Assembly (NCBI GenBank): GCA_041744275.1
Contig: JBGTLD010000025.1
Coordinates: forward strand, 1-54,578
Direction: 5' to 3'
Length of the DNA: 54,578 bases
DNA from: Candidatus Saccharimonadales bacterium
GTDB taxonomy: Bacteria > Patescibacteriota > Saccharimonadia > Saccharimonadales > JBGTLD01
Shown: positions 39,076 through 49,079 of the stretch, one piece after another
Layout: each line of letters begins with the position of its first letter
How positions within the stretch are numbered: position 1 is the first letter of the stretch
The notes under the pieces: model-generated
The model's input: only the letters and a program-made list of their open reading frames with translations
Databases searched by the model: none
Told to the model about the DNA's origin: nothing
Position numbers and translations under genes: made by a program

Positions 39076-39986
39076 ACACTGGTATCTGCTTGTTTGAAAG
39101 AATCAACGAGTGATCGAGGACGTATATTTGGAAATAGATTCCTCGCGGTATCGTTTGTAACCACCATTGAATTAGAAAGACTATGTACCATAATTTTTCC
39201 AACCTTGGCATGTTTTTGTGGTGTAAAAATATCAAGCCATCTACCCGCAATTGATTCCGGTAAAAACGGCACGCGAACAAGTAGTGGGTTCTTTCCTACC
39301 CACCGTGCGTACAGTTTGTACAGTTCTTTATATGTCACAACGTCAGATCCACCTATCTCAATAATCTGGTGATGAGGGGTACGAATAGTTGCACTTGCGA
39401 CAAGATAATCAAGGGTGTCTGAAAGTGCAATTGGTTGTGTCTTTGAAATAGACCATCTCGGGAGAGTCATGACGGGTAATTTTTTTACTAAGTTATCTAT
39501 AATGTCGAACGAAACACTTCCGTGGCCAATGATCATTGAGGCCCGTAATTCAATTACAAGCGGTAGTTGTTCACGAAGGATCGTACCAGTGTTGTGTCGG
39601 CTTTCAAGGTGCTCAGATAATTTTTCTGTATCATTCCCTAGACCGCCTAAAAAGACCACCCTTTTTACACCTGCTGCTTTCGCGCTGGCGGAGAAGCGGT
39701 GGGCGGCCAGGGACTCTTGATTATAAAAGTCGGTCTTTGATCTGGCCATCATATGAATGAGATAATATACGACATCGCAGCTTTCAAGCGCGTTTGTCAT
39801 AGTCGACTCGTCAAAGACATCTGCGTTGAAGGCAATAAAACGATCATTGCCATTATATTTACTTCTGAGCTTCGTAGCAGTCGGTGCTACTGCGGTGATG
39901 GTATGATTTGTTTTGTGTATAAAATGGTGGGTAAGATTCTGGCCAATATATCCAGTGGCGCCAACAATTCCTATATGCATACACAT
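39066..39986 (-). CDS. NAD(P)-binding SDR/NmrA-like protein
   Basis: IGIVGATGYIGQNL Rossmann motif. It overlaps the downstream photolyase-like gene by 10 nt. Confidence 0.75.
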   Translation of the reverse strand: MCMHIGIVGATGYIGQNLTHHFIHKTNHTITAVAPTATKLRSKYNGNDRFIAFNADVFDESTMTNALESCDVVYYLIHMMARSKTDFYNQESLAAHRFSASAKAAGVKRVVFLGGLGNDTEKLSEHLESRHNTGTILREQLPLVIELRASMIIGHGSVSFDIIDNLVKKLPVMTLPRWSISKTQPIALSDTLDYLVASATIRTPHHQIIEIGGSDVVTYKELYKLYARWVGKNPLLVRVPFLPESIAGRWLDIFTPQKHAKVGKIMVHSLSNSMVVTNDTARNLFPNIRPRSLVDSFKQADTSVWE

Positions 39987-40004
39987 AGTATAATCGATTT
40001 ACAG

Positions 40005-40463
40005 CTAAGAAAAATTCTTTTGCAGCGTAATAAAGTCTTTATGAAGTGTTGATGAGTCTTGAGTCATGGATATAACAAAGCTTGTTCGTCGAGAAGGTCT
40101 TACGACATCTCTTATAACCCGAAACAGTAATATAAACGTTGGCGTTTTTGCAACTTCGGATACGCGTGTGAGTTTATCAACAAAATCAGAAACCAATTTC
40201 TTTTGAGTAGCTGTAACGTCAACCGAAAAGGTATGTAGCACGTACCACGCAGCTATTAAAAGAATCGTACATATAAAAACAATAAATAATATGGGTGTGA
40301 ACATGACTAGCCACCACTCACTTTGCCGGACAAGTAAAATCGCAACTATTATAAGAATAGTTGCGATAATAATTCCAGCTAATGCAACGGAACGAAGACT
40401 TCTACGAATATATTCGATGCTAATTGCTTTCACTGCATAAGCTGAAGGTTTCATGATGTTCAT
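40005..40463 (-). CDS. membrane protein, hypothetical (152 aa)
   Basis: Two long TM helices; no family recognised. Confidence 0.5.
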   Translation of the reverse strand: MNIMKPSAYAVKAISIEYIRRSLRSVALAGIIIATILIIVAILLVRQSEWWLVMFTPILFIVFICTILLIAAWYVLHTFSVDVTATQKKLVSDFVDKLTRVSEVAKTPTFILLFRVIRDVVRPSRRTSFVISMTQDSSTLHKDFITLQKNFS

Positions 40464-40519
40464 TCTAATAGAATGTTGATTTAAGTGCAGTAGTAAAATT
40501 AGCTTTTAACACGAATTGA

Positions 40520-41323
40520 TCAGTAAATGTACTGGAAATTACTTGCAGGGACGACACGCGTACTTACTATGTATAGGCCTTTGTAGTTCATTTCACTCAC
40601 GAGTACTGTTCCGTCATCGTTTACTTGCTCAATGTATACAACGTGCATTCCTTGTTGGCCAATTGCACCAACTCTTGGTGTTGATCCTGTTGCAATACCT
40701 TGTGCGCGAGCTCGGGCAACCCATGTATTTGCATTACCTAGGTTATTAGGCAAATCTGGACGCTTTGCCTTGGCGTACCATGTGCAATAACCTTGGGTGT
40801 ATGTGTTCCCACTTGAGCTTGCACGGGGAACTGCAACTTGCTGGACAGGTTGCTGTACCGTTGCAGGGCTGCTCGCTGCTGCACGATTTCTAACTGGCGC
40901 AGCTGGCTGAGGAGCTGGCGGTACTGGCAGTGGCCGCTCAAGTAAATCCTCATTGGGTTCTGGTATTACCAATGATACTCCAACCTTGATAGTGTTTGGA
41001 TCGTCAATATCAACGTTTTTGGCATATATTCGCTGCCATGTTGTTTCATATGTCGATGCAATATCGCTCAACGTTTCATTTGGTGATATAACGTGAGTTT
41101 TCGGTTCTTTTGATTCTACTTCTTCTACGGTGATTTGTTGTTCTTGTAATTTTTTGTTATTTGTCTCGATAGTATCGAGTACTGCTAACAATGATTTTGC
41201 TGGATTAACAGATTGACTGCTACCCAGCTCGAACGAATCAGGCTCTTCAGCACTGACCTTTGGGCTACCTACATTCATAATTACTATGCATGCAAACAAA
41301 CCCGCTAATGCGGTTAAACGCAT
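40520..41323 (-). CDS. secreted LysM + CHAP peptidoglycan hydrolase
   Basis: Signal peptide. LysM domain (HVISPNETLSDIASTYETTW..VGVSLVIP), a Pro/Ala linker, then CHAP (GYCTWYA.. Cys and ..GMHVVYIEQV His). Confidence 0.8.
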   Translation of the reverse strand: MRLTALAGLFACIVIMNVGSPKVSAEEPDSFELGSSQSVNPAKSLLAVLDTIETNNKKLQEQQITVEEVESKEPKTHVISPNETLSDIASTYETTWQRIYAKNVDIDDPNTIKVGVSLVIPEPNEDLLERPLPVPPAPQPAAPVRNRAAASSPATVQQPVQQVAVPRASSSGNTYTQGYCTWYAKAKRPDLPNNLGNANTWVARARAQGIATGSTPRVGAIGQQGMHVVYIEQVNDDGTVLVSEMNYKGLYIVSTRVVPASNFQYIY

Positions 41324-41715
41324 ATTTGTATACCTCCGTTTGCTATAGAAAACCTAAAAACCATATATATAGTGTTTAGGGTTGTGGCTTATACCTCACA
41401 TATAGTCTCTCAGGCTATAGTTCAATAAGACACAAGAACTAATCTTACAGGCTTATGGATTTATGTCAACACGAGCGTAACCATAAAAGGTATAAATTAT
41501 GACATTTTGTACTTTTCTACGAATATAATCACCAAATTCTTATAATGTTGTAAAAATTGCTAAATGTTCATTTGCGAAGCTCGTAGTTTAACCTTAATTA
41601 TGGTATGCTTAAGATTGATTGTTATTAATTTCTCGTTTGTAGTTTCAATCAGCATCGGCATATATCTCGTCATTCTGAATTTGAATCTATCCGTATAACG
41701 TACGTAATAGTTTAC

Positions 41716-42792
41716 TTGCAATTAAATTTAATACGTAAGATTGGTGTTTGCATGTTCCTTAAATCAATATCTATAGAAATTGTAAGTTCAAACATACGTG
41801 CACTTAGTTCTATGGGCACCCGTTCGCGGGAAGCTGCCAATAAGTCATTATCCAAAAATTTTAATACTAGAATTACAACTGTTAATAATGCTTCTGATCT
41901 CGAACAGCTGATAAAGAGAAAACCTGACTTGGTATTTCTTGGTATGAAATTTTTACCAGTATCTAACAAAAATAATGTACTTGACGCAGACAAAATGTGG
42001 ATGAGTGAAGTGCTTGATAGTTACGACATTGCTCATACTGGTTCTAGTTGGTTTGCGCATCACCTAGAGCTCAACAAGCCGCTTGCAAAAAAGCATATTA
42101 TGAGGGCTGGGTTTTCTACCGCGCCGTTTTACGTTCACGAAAGAGGAAGTGCTACATATCCTGAAATTGACTCTAATATGTTTCCTGTATTTGTAAAACC
42201 TACAAATCTCGGAGGAGGAGCTGGGATTGATAGTCAGTCAGTTGCATATTCATCTCACGAAATGCGCACAAAAATAAAGTCCCTTTCAGATAATTTTGAA
42301 GCAGACTCACTAGTAGAGTCATACCTTCCCGGGCGTGAATTTAGCGTAGCGGTATTGAGGAAAGAATGCTCGGCTGACTATTCTGTGATGCCGATAGAGC
42401 TCATTGCTCCCAAGGATAATGCAGGTATCAGGATGCTAAGCAGCCGAGTTAAGTCTGGTGATCAAGAGACTGTGTCTATAGTTAATGACGGGGTCCTGCG
42501 AGATAAAATAAACAAGCTTGCTATGGGCTCTTTCATAGCACTTGGTGCCCGTGATTACGGACGAATTGATATTCGATTAGATGAAAAAGGGGAGCCACAA
42601 TTTCTCGAAGCAAATCTCATTCCGAGTATTATCGAAGATTACGGATCATTCCCGAAATCATGTTTGTTGAACAAAGGTATAAGTTATAGTTCAATGCTCA
42701 ATAGCGTTGTAAACCTTGCTCTGCATAGGAAAAAACAATCCAAAAATGGCTATGAAAGCCTAACACTCAGTCCTTTACCTGCAAACGTTTGA
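41716..42792 (+). CDS. ATP-grasp enzyme, D-alanine--D-alanine ligase-like
   Basis: FPVFVKPTNLGGGAGID, EFSVAVL and GRIDIRLDEKGEPQFLEANLIPS. The start is uncertain (TTG at 41716, ATG at 41752) and the N-terminal domain is divergent. Confidence 0.7.
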   Translation: MQLNLIRKIGVCMFLKSISIEIVSSNIRALSSMGTRSREAANKSLSKNFNTRITTVNNASDLEQLIKRKPDLVFLGMKFLPVSNKNNVLDADKMWMSEVLDSYDIAHTGSSWFAHHLELNKPLAKKHIMRAGFSTAPFYVHERGSATYPEIDSNMFPVFVKPTNLGGGAGIDSQSVAYSSHEMRTKIKSLSDNFEADSLVESYLPGREFSVAVLRKECSADYSVMPIELIAPKDNAGIRMLSSRVKSGDQETVSIVNDGVLRDKINKLAMGSFIALGARDYGRIDIRLDEKGEPQFLEANLIPSIIEDYGSFPKSCLLNKGISYSSMLNSVVNLALHRKKQSKNGYESLTLSPLPANV

Positions 42793-43529
42793 CAAATATA
42801 CACAGGAGCATTTTCTGTACTCATTGTTTTGTCGTATGTGTATCCAATATCACTGAAGTTTTTTAATAATGATCGGTTTAAAATTTTATTTGTAATGATC
42901 CAGTTCGCAAAAGCACCTCGGGCAATTTTGGCGTGCACTACTACAAACGTGGGCTCATTTGTTTTAGGGCTGATTGTTAAAAACTGTGGCGTAATAATCT
43001 TGCCTGGGTCAAGGTAGGGAATCACTACTTTGCTGTATTCATTTGCAGCTAAATTGAGTATTGTTTCGCTGTCTGGCAATGCTTTAGCTATGGTATCGCT
43101 CCAATATGTATATAAGTTTTTATAAGGGTCATCGGGTAGTCGGTAGCCCATTTCAAGCCGGTAAGGTGCAATTGCATCCATAGGTTTTAATATCCCGTAT
43201 AATCCACTTAAAATTCTGAGATTGTTTTGTGCAAAGTTGCGTTGAGCCTCGGTCCATTTTGCGGCTTGCAGGCCGCTGTAAATATCTCCCAAAAATGTAT
43301 CTACCGCAGCTGAAGGAATTTTTTGATTTGCACCCCACTCATGGATTATTTCATGGACGTCTTCTGTAAGCGTCTCTGAAACTTTCATACTTCGTGAAAT
43401 TTGATCTTTACTTAGTGTTTTCAAGTATGACGACAGAATAGATGATTTTGTTAGTAATTCAGGGACTGTGCATGCATGATGGGTAGTCTTAGGCCGCATG
43501 GTTTTTGATGAATGAAGTAGAATAAGCAT
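42750..43529 (-). CDS. yaaA: peroxide stress protein YaaA (DUF328)
   Basis: MLILLHSSKTM.., YSGL.., LRILSGLYGILKPMDAIAPYRLEM. Confidence 0.85.
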   Translation of the reverse strand: MLILLHSSKTMRPKTTHHACTVPELLTKSSILSSYLKTLSKDQISRSMKVSETLTEDVHEIIHEWGANQKIPSAAVDTFLGDIYSGLQAAKWTEAQRNFAQNNLRILSGLYGILKPMDAIAPYRLEMGYRLPDDPYKNLYTYWSDTIAKALPDSETILNLAANEYSKVVIPYLDPGKIITPQFLTISPKTNEPTFVVVHAKIARGAFANWIITNKILNRSLLKNFSDIGYTYDKTMSTENAPVYICQTFAGKGLSVRLS

Positions 43530-43612
43530 GCCATTACAATATCAAAGGTTATCAGTGATAGATATATTATTCACACTGCAGCACTACGGATTGATGCTAT
43601 AATACAAAGCTC

Positions 43613-44320
43613 ATGATTCGTCAAAAATTATTTTCACACAAAGCAGTATGGTTTTTATTAGGGATTTCACTTGTGCTATTTGTTGTGCATGTGGTACTAA
43701 AGTATGTAAGCATAGTAATTTTTGACGAAAAGCATGGCTTTTTATTTGAATTATCAAACAGATTTGATGTAAACGATGAAAACAGCGTACCGCAATGGTT
43801 TTCACAAATGTTATTTTTGCTTATTGGCGTTACGGCGCTTTTAGCAGGTTTTATGGAGAAAGTACGGGATACAAAAAAGCTCTGGTATATTTTGGCGGTT
43901 GTTGGATTTGTACTATCACTCGATGACGTCGCAACGCTACATGAGTTTATCCTGCAGTCGATACACAACACATACTTGTTAGACACACAGCCAACTTTTT
44001 TACTCAGTGCATGGTGGGTATTATTGCCGCTAGTTTTACTGGGAAGCGGGTTTTTGGCTTGGCGAGCGTGGACAACCTTGCCACGTAGGACGGTAATGCT
44101 CATGATTGCTGGCGGTTTATTATTTGTGATTGGTAAAACGATAACCGATTCATTCGCCAACAATGTTTCTGATCTTTTCATGGAAAGAGGCGTCGTACAG
44201 GGATTAGAGAAAGTATTTCAGTATACGGGAAGTATTCTTGTACTATTTGCAAACCTGGACTATTTAGAGCGTTATCGTACCAAAAGTATTACCGCAGCAA
44301 TGAACGCGTTAAAGAAGTAA
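43613..44320 (+). CDS. polytopic membrane protein, hypothetical
   Basis: About 6 TM helices; no motif recognised. Confidence 0.55.
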   Translation: MIRQKLFSHKAVWFLLGISLVLFVVHVVLKYVSIVIFDEKHGFLFELSNRFDVNDENSVPQWFSQMLFLLIGVTALLAGFMEKVRDTKKLWYILAVVGFVLSLDDVATLHEFILQSIHNTYLLDTQPTFLLSAWWVLLPLVLLGSGFLAWRAWTTLPRRTVMLMIAGGLLFVIGKTITDSFANNVSDLFMERGVVQGLEKVFQYTGSILVLFANLDYLERYRTKSITAAMNALKK

Positions 44321-44371
44321 TCGAACTGTCAGTAGTGGTGAAATTAGGCTACCTACAGTACTATAAATAAT

Positions 44372-44785
44372 ATGAATGTACTCTCACAACAAAAGATTGT
44401 TATTGTTGAAGATAATCCAAGCCTCAATGAAATATACAAAGCTCGCTTAGAAGCAATTGGTTATCAATGTTTTTCTGCGTACGATGGCGAAGAAGCTTTG
44501 CGTATTATTGCAGATGAGATGCCAAATCTTGTGCTGCTTGACATGATGGTTCCAAAAATTGCAGGTGATCAAATCCTTGCACAGATGCGTCAGTCTGAGT
44601 GGGGAAAGGATATACGAGTGCTCGTTATATCTAACCTGAATGAAATTGACGCCCCTGCAGGTATTAGAGACTACGGTATTGAAGGCTATGCAGTTAAGGC
44701 AAATCTTTCAAACGACGACCTCGATCGACTCGTCGACAAGATTCTTATACCAGAAGATCAAGATGAAGCAGTCGTACTAGAGTAG
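44372..44785 (+). CDS. single-domain response regulator (REC)
   Basis: KIVIVEDNP.., NLVLLDMMVPKIAG, ..GYAVKA. Confidence 0.85.
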   Translation: MNVLSQQKIVIVEDNPSLNEIYKARLEAIGYQCFSAYDGEEALRIIADEMPNLVLLDMMVPKIAGDQILAQMRQSEWGKDIRVLVISNLNEIDAPAGIRDYGIEGYAVKANLSNDDLDRLVDKILIPEDQDEAVVLE

Positions 44786-44819
44786 TATACATTTACGGGA
44801 ATTTGCTATACTCCTAAAC

Positions 44820-45383
44820 ATGGCTATTAAAAATAAAAATAATCAAGTATCTGATAAAAATATAATTTCCGTAGTAAAGACTGCACGGATACACATGTGG
44901 TTGGTTGGTATATTTATGCTGGCAACCATATTGTTTGATTCAGGCAATTTAATAACCCACGAACTAGTTGCGTGGCGCTGGACAGCGGCTGGTTTGCTCC
45001 TAGGTCTTTCGATATTAGTTTGGTACTTTGCGCGGCTGCTCTCGGTTCGATGGGTTCCGTTTTTGGTGAGTGCATTGATCATCGGCGACATTGCATTTGC
45101 GACGTTTAATGTATACACCCAGCGTGGCATGGCAAGCAAAGCCGTTATGTTGTTCGTGATACCAATTATCGTGAGCTTATTGTTGCAGCGGACAAGCGCG
45201 GTGCTTGCAACGACGGGACTTTGTGTAGCCGCTTATTCAGTCGCTGCAGTGCGATATTTCCATATTTACTTTGGAGAAGGGTATCGTGTTGAGCTATATG
45301 GAGAGGTAGGATTCTATAGCGCGCTCATGTTTGTTATAGCTGGGCTATTAATCGCAACCAACAGAAGTACACTCAAGACATAA
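44820..45383 (+). CDS. membrane protein, hypothetical (187 aa)
   Basis: 5-6 TM helices. It lies between the REC gene and the cyo operon. Confidence 0.55.
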   Translation: MAIKNKNNQVSDKNIISVVKTARIHMWLVGIFMLATILFDSGNLITHELVAWRWTAAGLLLGLSILVWYFARLLSVRWVPFLVSALIIGDIAFATFNVYTQRGMASKAVMLFVIPIIVSLLLQRTSAVLATTGLCVAAYSVAAVRYFHIYFGEGYRVELYGEVGFYSALMFVIAGLLIATNRSTLKT

Positions 45384-45487
45384 GTATTATTCCTTGAGGC
45401 TTTATTAGTTAGTAGCTAACAGTTTATGTAGAGATTTGAGAAAAATTGTTGTAATGGTTATGTATATATAGTGATAAACTGAACATA

Positions 45488-46405
45488 ATGAAAAAAAGCA
45501 AACAAAAAAACAGTGAGGGTACGTCTGCAGCCTTTGTTTTGTTTGGCCTCATATGTCTTGGACTGCTTGTCGCAGTGTTACTGAGCGGAAAAGACATAGC
45601 ACTTTTTAATCCGAAAGGTGTTATTGCGCAGGAACAATATAGCTTGATGCTCTATTCAATGGCAATAATGCTCCTAATTGCCGTTCCGGCTGTAGCGCTC
45701 TTGTACTACTTTGGCTGGAAATACAGAGAGACTAATACAAAGTCTATGTATAGCCCTAATATGCGTCAGGGGAAACTGTTTGAATTTGGTTTGTGGGCAA
45801 TCCCAAGTTTTTTTATGATTGTCCTTGCATTCATAATGATACCTGCAACGCATAGACTTGAGCCACAAAAGGCTATTGCGTCCGACAACGAAGAGATTAC
45901 TATTCAGGTTATTGCGTTACGCTGGAAGTGGCTCTTTGTGTACCCTGAGCAAAATATAGCAAGTGTAAATTTTGTTCAGATTCCGGTTGATACGCCAGTC
46001 AGATTTGAATTGACAGCAGACGAAACGCCCAAGAGCTCTTTTTGGGTACCACACCTTGGCGGTCAACTATATGCAATGACTGGTCATGTGAACCCACTGT
46101 ATCTTATGGCTGAGGACGTCGGGGATTATCCAGGTAGCTCTGCCGAGATAAACGGAGCTGGATATGCAGGTATGAAGTTTACGGCTCGTGCCACAACAGA
46201 AGCTGACTTCAATAAATGGGTGCGTGACACACAAAAATCATCTAATCTTTTAGACCCTGCGGAATATGAAAATCTTTTGATTCCTTCCGAAAGAAACTCA
46301 TTCGCAACGTATTCATTAGACTATCCAGATCTGTATGCTAAAATGCTTATGAAATACGCAGGTTCGCATAGTCACCAACCACAGATATACCATACGGAAC
46401 ACTAA
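45488..46405 (+). CDS. cyoA: cytochrome o (bo3-type) quinol oxidase subunit II
   Basis: Two N-terminal TM helices plus a cupredoxin fold without CuA ligands (..FWVPHLGGQLYAMTG..). It sits directly upstream of cyoB. Confidence 0.85.
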   Translation: MKKSKQKNSEGTSAAFVLFGLICLGLLVAVLLSGKDIALFNPKGVIAQEQYSLMLYSMAIMLLIAVPAVALLYYFGWKYRETNTKSMYSPNMRQGKLFEFGLWAIPSFFMIVLAFIMIPATHRLEPQKAIASDNEEITIQVIALRWKWLFVYPEQNIASVNFVQIPVDTPVRFELTADETPKSSFWVPHLGGQLYAMTGHVNPLYLMAEDVGDYPGSSAEINGAGYAGMKFTARATTEADFNKWVRDTQKSSNLLDPAEYENLLIPSERNSFATYSLDYPDLYAKMLMKYAGSHSHQPQIYHTEH

Positions 46406-48492
46406 TGAAAGAATTACTACTTGGAAAATTGGACTGGAGTGCTTTACCGCATGAATGGTTCACAATTGCCGGCACAATACTCACGATAATCGCATCGATA
46501 TTTTTTATTGTGGCGATGTCTCGTGCAAAGCGCTGGAAGTGGCTATGGAATGACTGGCTGACGACTGTTGATCCGAAAAAAATTGGAATCATGTATTTCC
46601 TTGTGGGTGGTTTCATGCTTCTTCGTGGAGGGTTAGATGCGGTCATGATTTGGCTGCAGCAAGCGGTTGCTGTTGACAGCTCACAGGGATACTTGACCGC
46701 TGATCACTTCCAGCAGATATTCACTGCACACGGCAATATTATGGTCTTTTTTGTGGCCATGGCCTTTGTTTTTGGCCTTATAAATTACATTGTACCGCTA
46801 CAAATTGGTGCACGCGATCTGGCATCTCCTTTTTTGAACACCTTGGGCTTCTGGCTATACGTAGCTGGCGTTATTATGGTCAATATATTTTTCTTGTTTG
46901 GCGGCGAATATGCTGCTACCGGCTGGCTAGCAATCGCACCTTTGAGCGGGCCCGAATTTAGCCCTGGTGTTGGTGTTGATTATTTAATATGGAGTCTACA
47001 GATTTCAGGTATTGGAACAACTTTAGGCGCGATTAACTTTATTATGACAATACTGAAGATGCGTGCGCCTGGGATGACTCTCATGAAAATGCCTTTGTTT
47101 ACCTGGGGTTCCTTGTGTAGTATGGTCATGGCCGTTACGGTATTTCCACTCCTCACAATGACACTTTTCTTACTGTTTTTTGACCGTTATATAGGCACAA
47201 ACTTCTTCACCATTAGTGGGGGCGGTAATCCTATGATGTACACGAATCTTATATGGATGTGGGGCCATCCTGAGGTGTATATTCTGATGCTTCCATCATT
47301 TGGGGTGTTCTCGGAAATAGTCACAACCTTTAGCCGTAAACGTATTGCAAGTTACGTATCGAATGTAGCGGGTATGATTGGCGTTTCGTTGCTTGCGCTT
47401 TTGGTATGGCTTCACCATTTCTTTACAATGGGAGCTGGTGCGAACGTAAACGCCTTCTTTGGGGTTATGACAATGATAATTGCCATACCTACTGGAGTAC
47501 TGGTGTTTACCTGGATTGCCACAATGTACAAGGGCCGAATACGGTTCGATACACCGATGCTCTGGTTTATGGGTTTTATTGGCACGTTTACAGTCGGTGG
47601 TTTGACAGGCGTACTCTTAGCCATACCGCCAGTTGATTTCCAGCTTCATAACAGCTTATTTTTGGTAGCACACTTCCATACTATGGTTATCGGTGGCGTA
47701 CTGTTCGGTATTTTTGCAGGATTATCATACTGGTTCCCAAAAATGACTGGTGTGAAATTAAACGAGCGTATTGGTAAATACGCATTTTGGACTTGGCTTG
47801 TTGGTTTTGTTATGGCGTTTACTCCGCTCTACATACTTGGCCTTATGGGGGCTACGAGAAGACTTGATAACTACGATTCATCTACTGGGTGGCAGCCGTT
47901 TTTTATCATGGCGTTCATTGGAGGGTTGATCATTTGTCTTGGAGTAATTTTGCAAATAATACAAATTATCGCGAGTTTGATCCAGAAGAGGCATCTACTC
48001 GATACAACTGGCGATCCGTGGGATGGGCGAACGCTCGAATGGGCCACGCCGTCACCGCCACCATTTTATAACTTTGATGTCATTCCAAAAGTTCGGTCTC
48101 GTGAAGCATTTTGGGAAATGAAGCATTTACACCATCCTAAATTAGTATACGAAGACATTCTTATGCCAAAAAACACAGCTTCCGGCATCTATATATCTGG
48201 TTTTGCCTTCTTAGCTGGCTTTGGCTTTGTGTGGCATATCACGTGGCTTATCATCGTGTCATTGATTGGTATTGTTGTGTGTGCAATTATGCGCACATTC
48301 AACGAAGATACAGAGTATGTTTTGACTGCTGCTGAGGTAGAAAAAATCGAGCAAGCCAGAAAGAAAAAAATGCAAGTCGCACTCTCAAATAAAGACAAGG
48401 GCTCTGGTGAAGATATGAAACTACAAGAGTTTATTGTGATTGTGTACAAGTGGGCTGTGAACGCTATAAGGAAGAGACAATGGCGCACTTAG
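46405..48492 (+). CDS. cyoB: cytochrome o quinol oxidase subunit I
   Basis: Heme-copper oxidase motifs (WMWGHPEVYIL, HHFFTMG, HFHTMVIGG). 695 aa. Confidence 0.95.
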   Translation: MKELLLGKLDWSALPHEWFTIAGTILTIIASIFFIVAMSRAKRWKWLWNDWLTTVDPKKIGIMYFLVGGFMLLRGGLDAVMIWLQQAVAVDSSQGYLTADHFQQIFTAHGNIMVFFVAMAFVFGLINYIVPLQIGARDLASPFLNTLGFWLYVAGVIMVNIFFLFGGEYAATGWLAIAPLSGPEFSPGVGVDYLIWSLQISGIGTTLGAINFIMTILKMRAPGMTLMKMPLFTWGSLCSMVMAVTVFPLLTMTLFLLFFDRYIGTNFFTISGGGNPMMYTNLIWMWGHPEVYILMLPSFGVFSEIVTTFSRKRIASYVSNVAGMIGVSLLALLVWLHHFFTMGAGANVNAFFGVMTMIIAIPTGVLVFTWIATMYKGRIRFDTPMLWFMGFIGTFTVGGLTGVLLAIPPVDFQLHNSLFLVAHFHTMVIGGVLFGIFAGLSYWFPKMTGVKLNERIGKYAFWTWLVGFVMAFTPLYILGLMGATRRLDNYDSSTGWQPFFIMAFIGGLIICLGVILQIIQIIASLIQKRHLLDTTGDPWDGRTLEWATPSPPPFYNFDVIPKVRSREAFWEMKHLHHPKLVYEDILMPKNTASGIYISGFAFLAGFGFVWHITWLIIVSLIGIVVCAIMRTFNEDTEYVLTAAEVEKIEQARKKKMQVALSNKDKGSGEDMKLQEFIVIVYKWAVNAIRKRQWRT

Positions 48493-49079
48493 CAAAACAT
48501 CACGGAGAAAGCCATGAAGAGGCAGCAAACGACCGAGTAATGTTTGGATTCTGGGTGTACCTCATGACCGACTTGTTAATGTTTGCCATACTTTTTGCCG
48601 TCTATGCAGTGCTTAGAAACAGCACAATGGGTGGTCCATCTGGTCGTGAATTGTTTGACTTATCGTTGGCGCTACAGGGTACGCTCGTGCTTCTTACGAG
48701 CAGTTTTACGTGTGGTGTGGGTATGATTGCTGCCCGTAAAGGCAAAGTCAATCAGACTTTGATCTGGTTTGGCATTACGTTTTTACTTGGTCTACTGTTC
48801 TTGGGGATCGAATATAAAGAATTTGCCGAACTCCTACACGAAGGCTTTACATGGCAAAGTAATGCGTTCTTATCATCGTTCTTTGTTCTTATAGGCACGC
48901 ATGGACTGCATATTATTTTCGGCCTACTCTGGCTGGGCATCACACTGGCATATGTAAAAGCTCGTGGTCTCACAAAACACATGGTTCGTAAGCTTGCGCT
49001 GCTGAGTTTGTTTTGGCACTTTTTAGATATTGTTTGGATATTTATCTTCACCATAGTCTACCTAGGGGCTTACGTATGA
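48480..49079 (+). CDS. cyoC: cytochrome o quinol oxidase subunit III
   Basis: ATG at 48480 with an AAGGAAG RBS, overlapping the end of cyoB by 13 nt. Five TM helices and FWHFLDIVWIFIF. Confidence 0.9.
   Translation: MAHLAKHHGESHEEAANDRVMFGFWVYLMTDLLMFAILFAVYAVLRNSTMGGPSGRELFDLSLALQGTLVLLTSSFTCGVGMIAARKGKVNQTLIWFGITFLLGLLFLGIEYKEFAELLHEGFTWQSNAFLSSFFVLIGTHGLHIIFGLLWLGITLAYVKARGLTKHMVRKLALLSLFWHFLDIVWIFIFTIVYLGAYV

Noticed and set aside
41571-41610. Possible sixth, degenerate copy of the cassette repeat (TTGCGAAGCTCGTAG..) upstream of the ATP-grasp gene
   Set aside because: Only an 8-nt seed plus scattered matches (about 14/22). This is within chance expectation for a 54-kb window.
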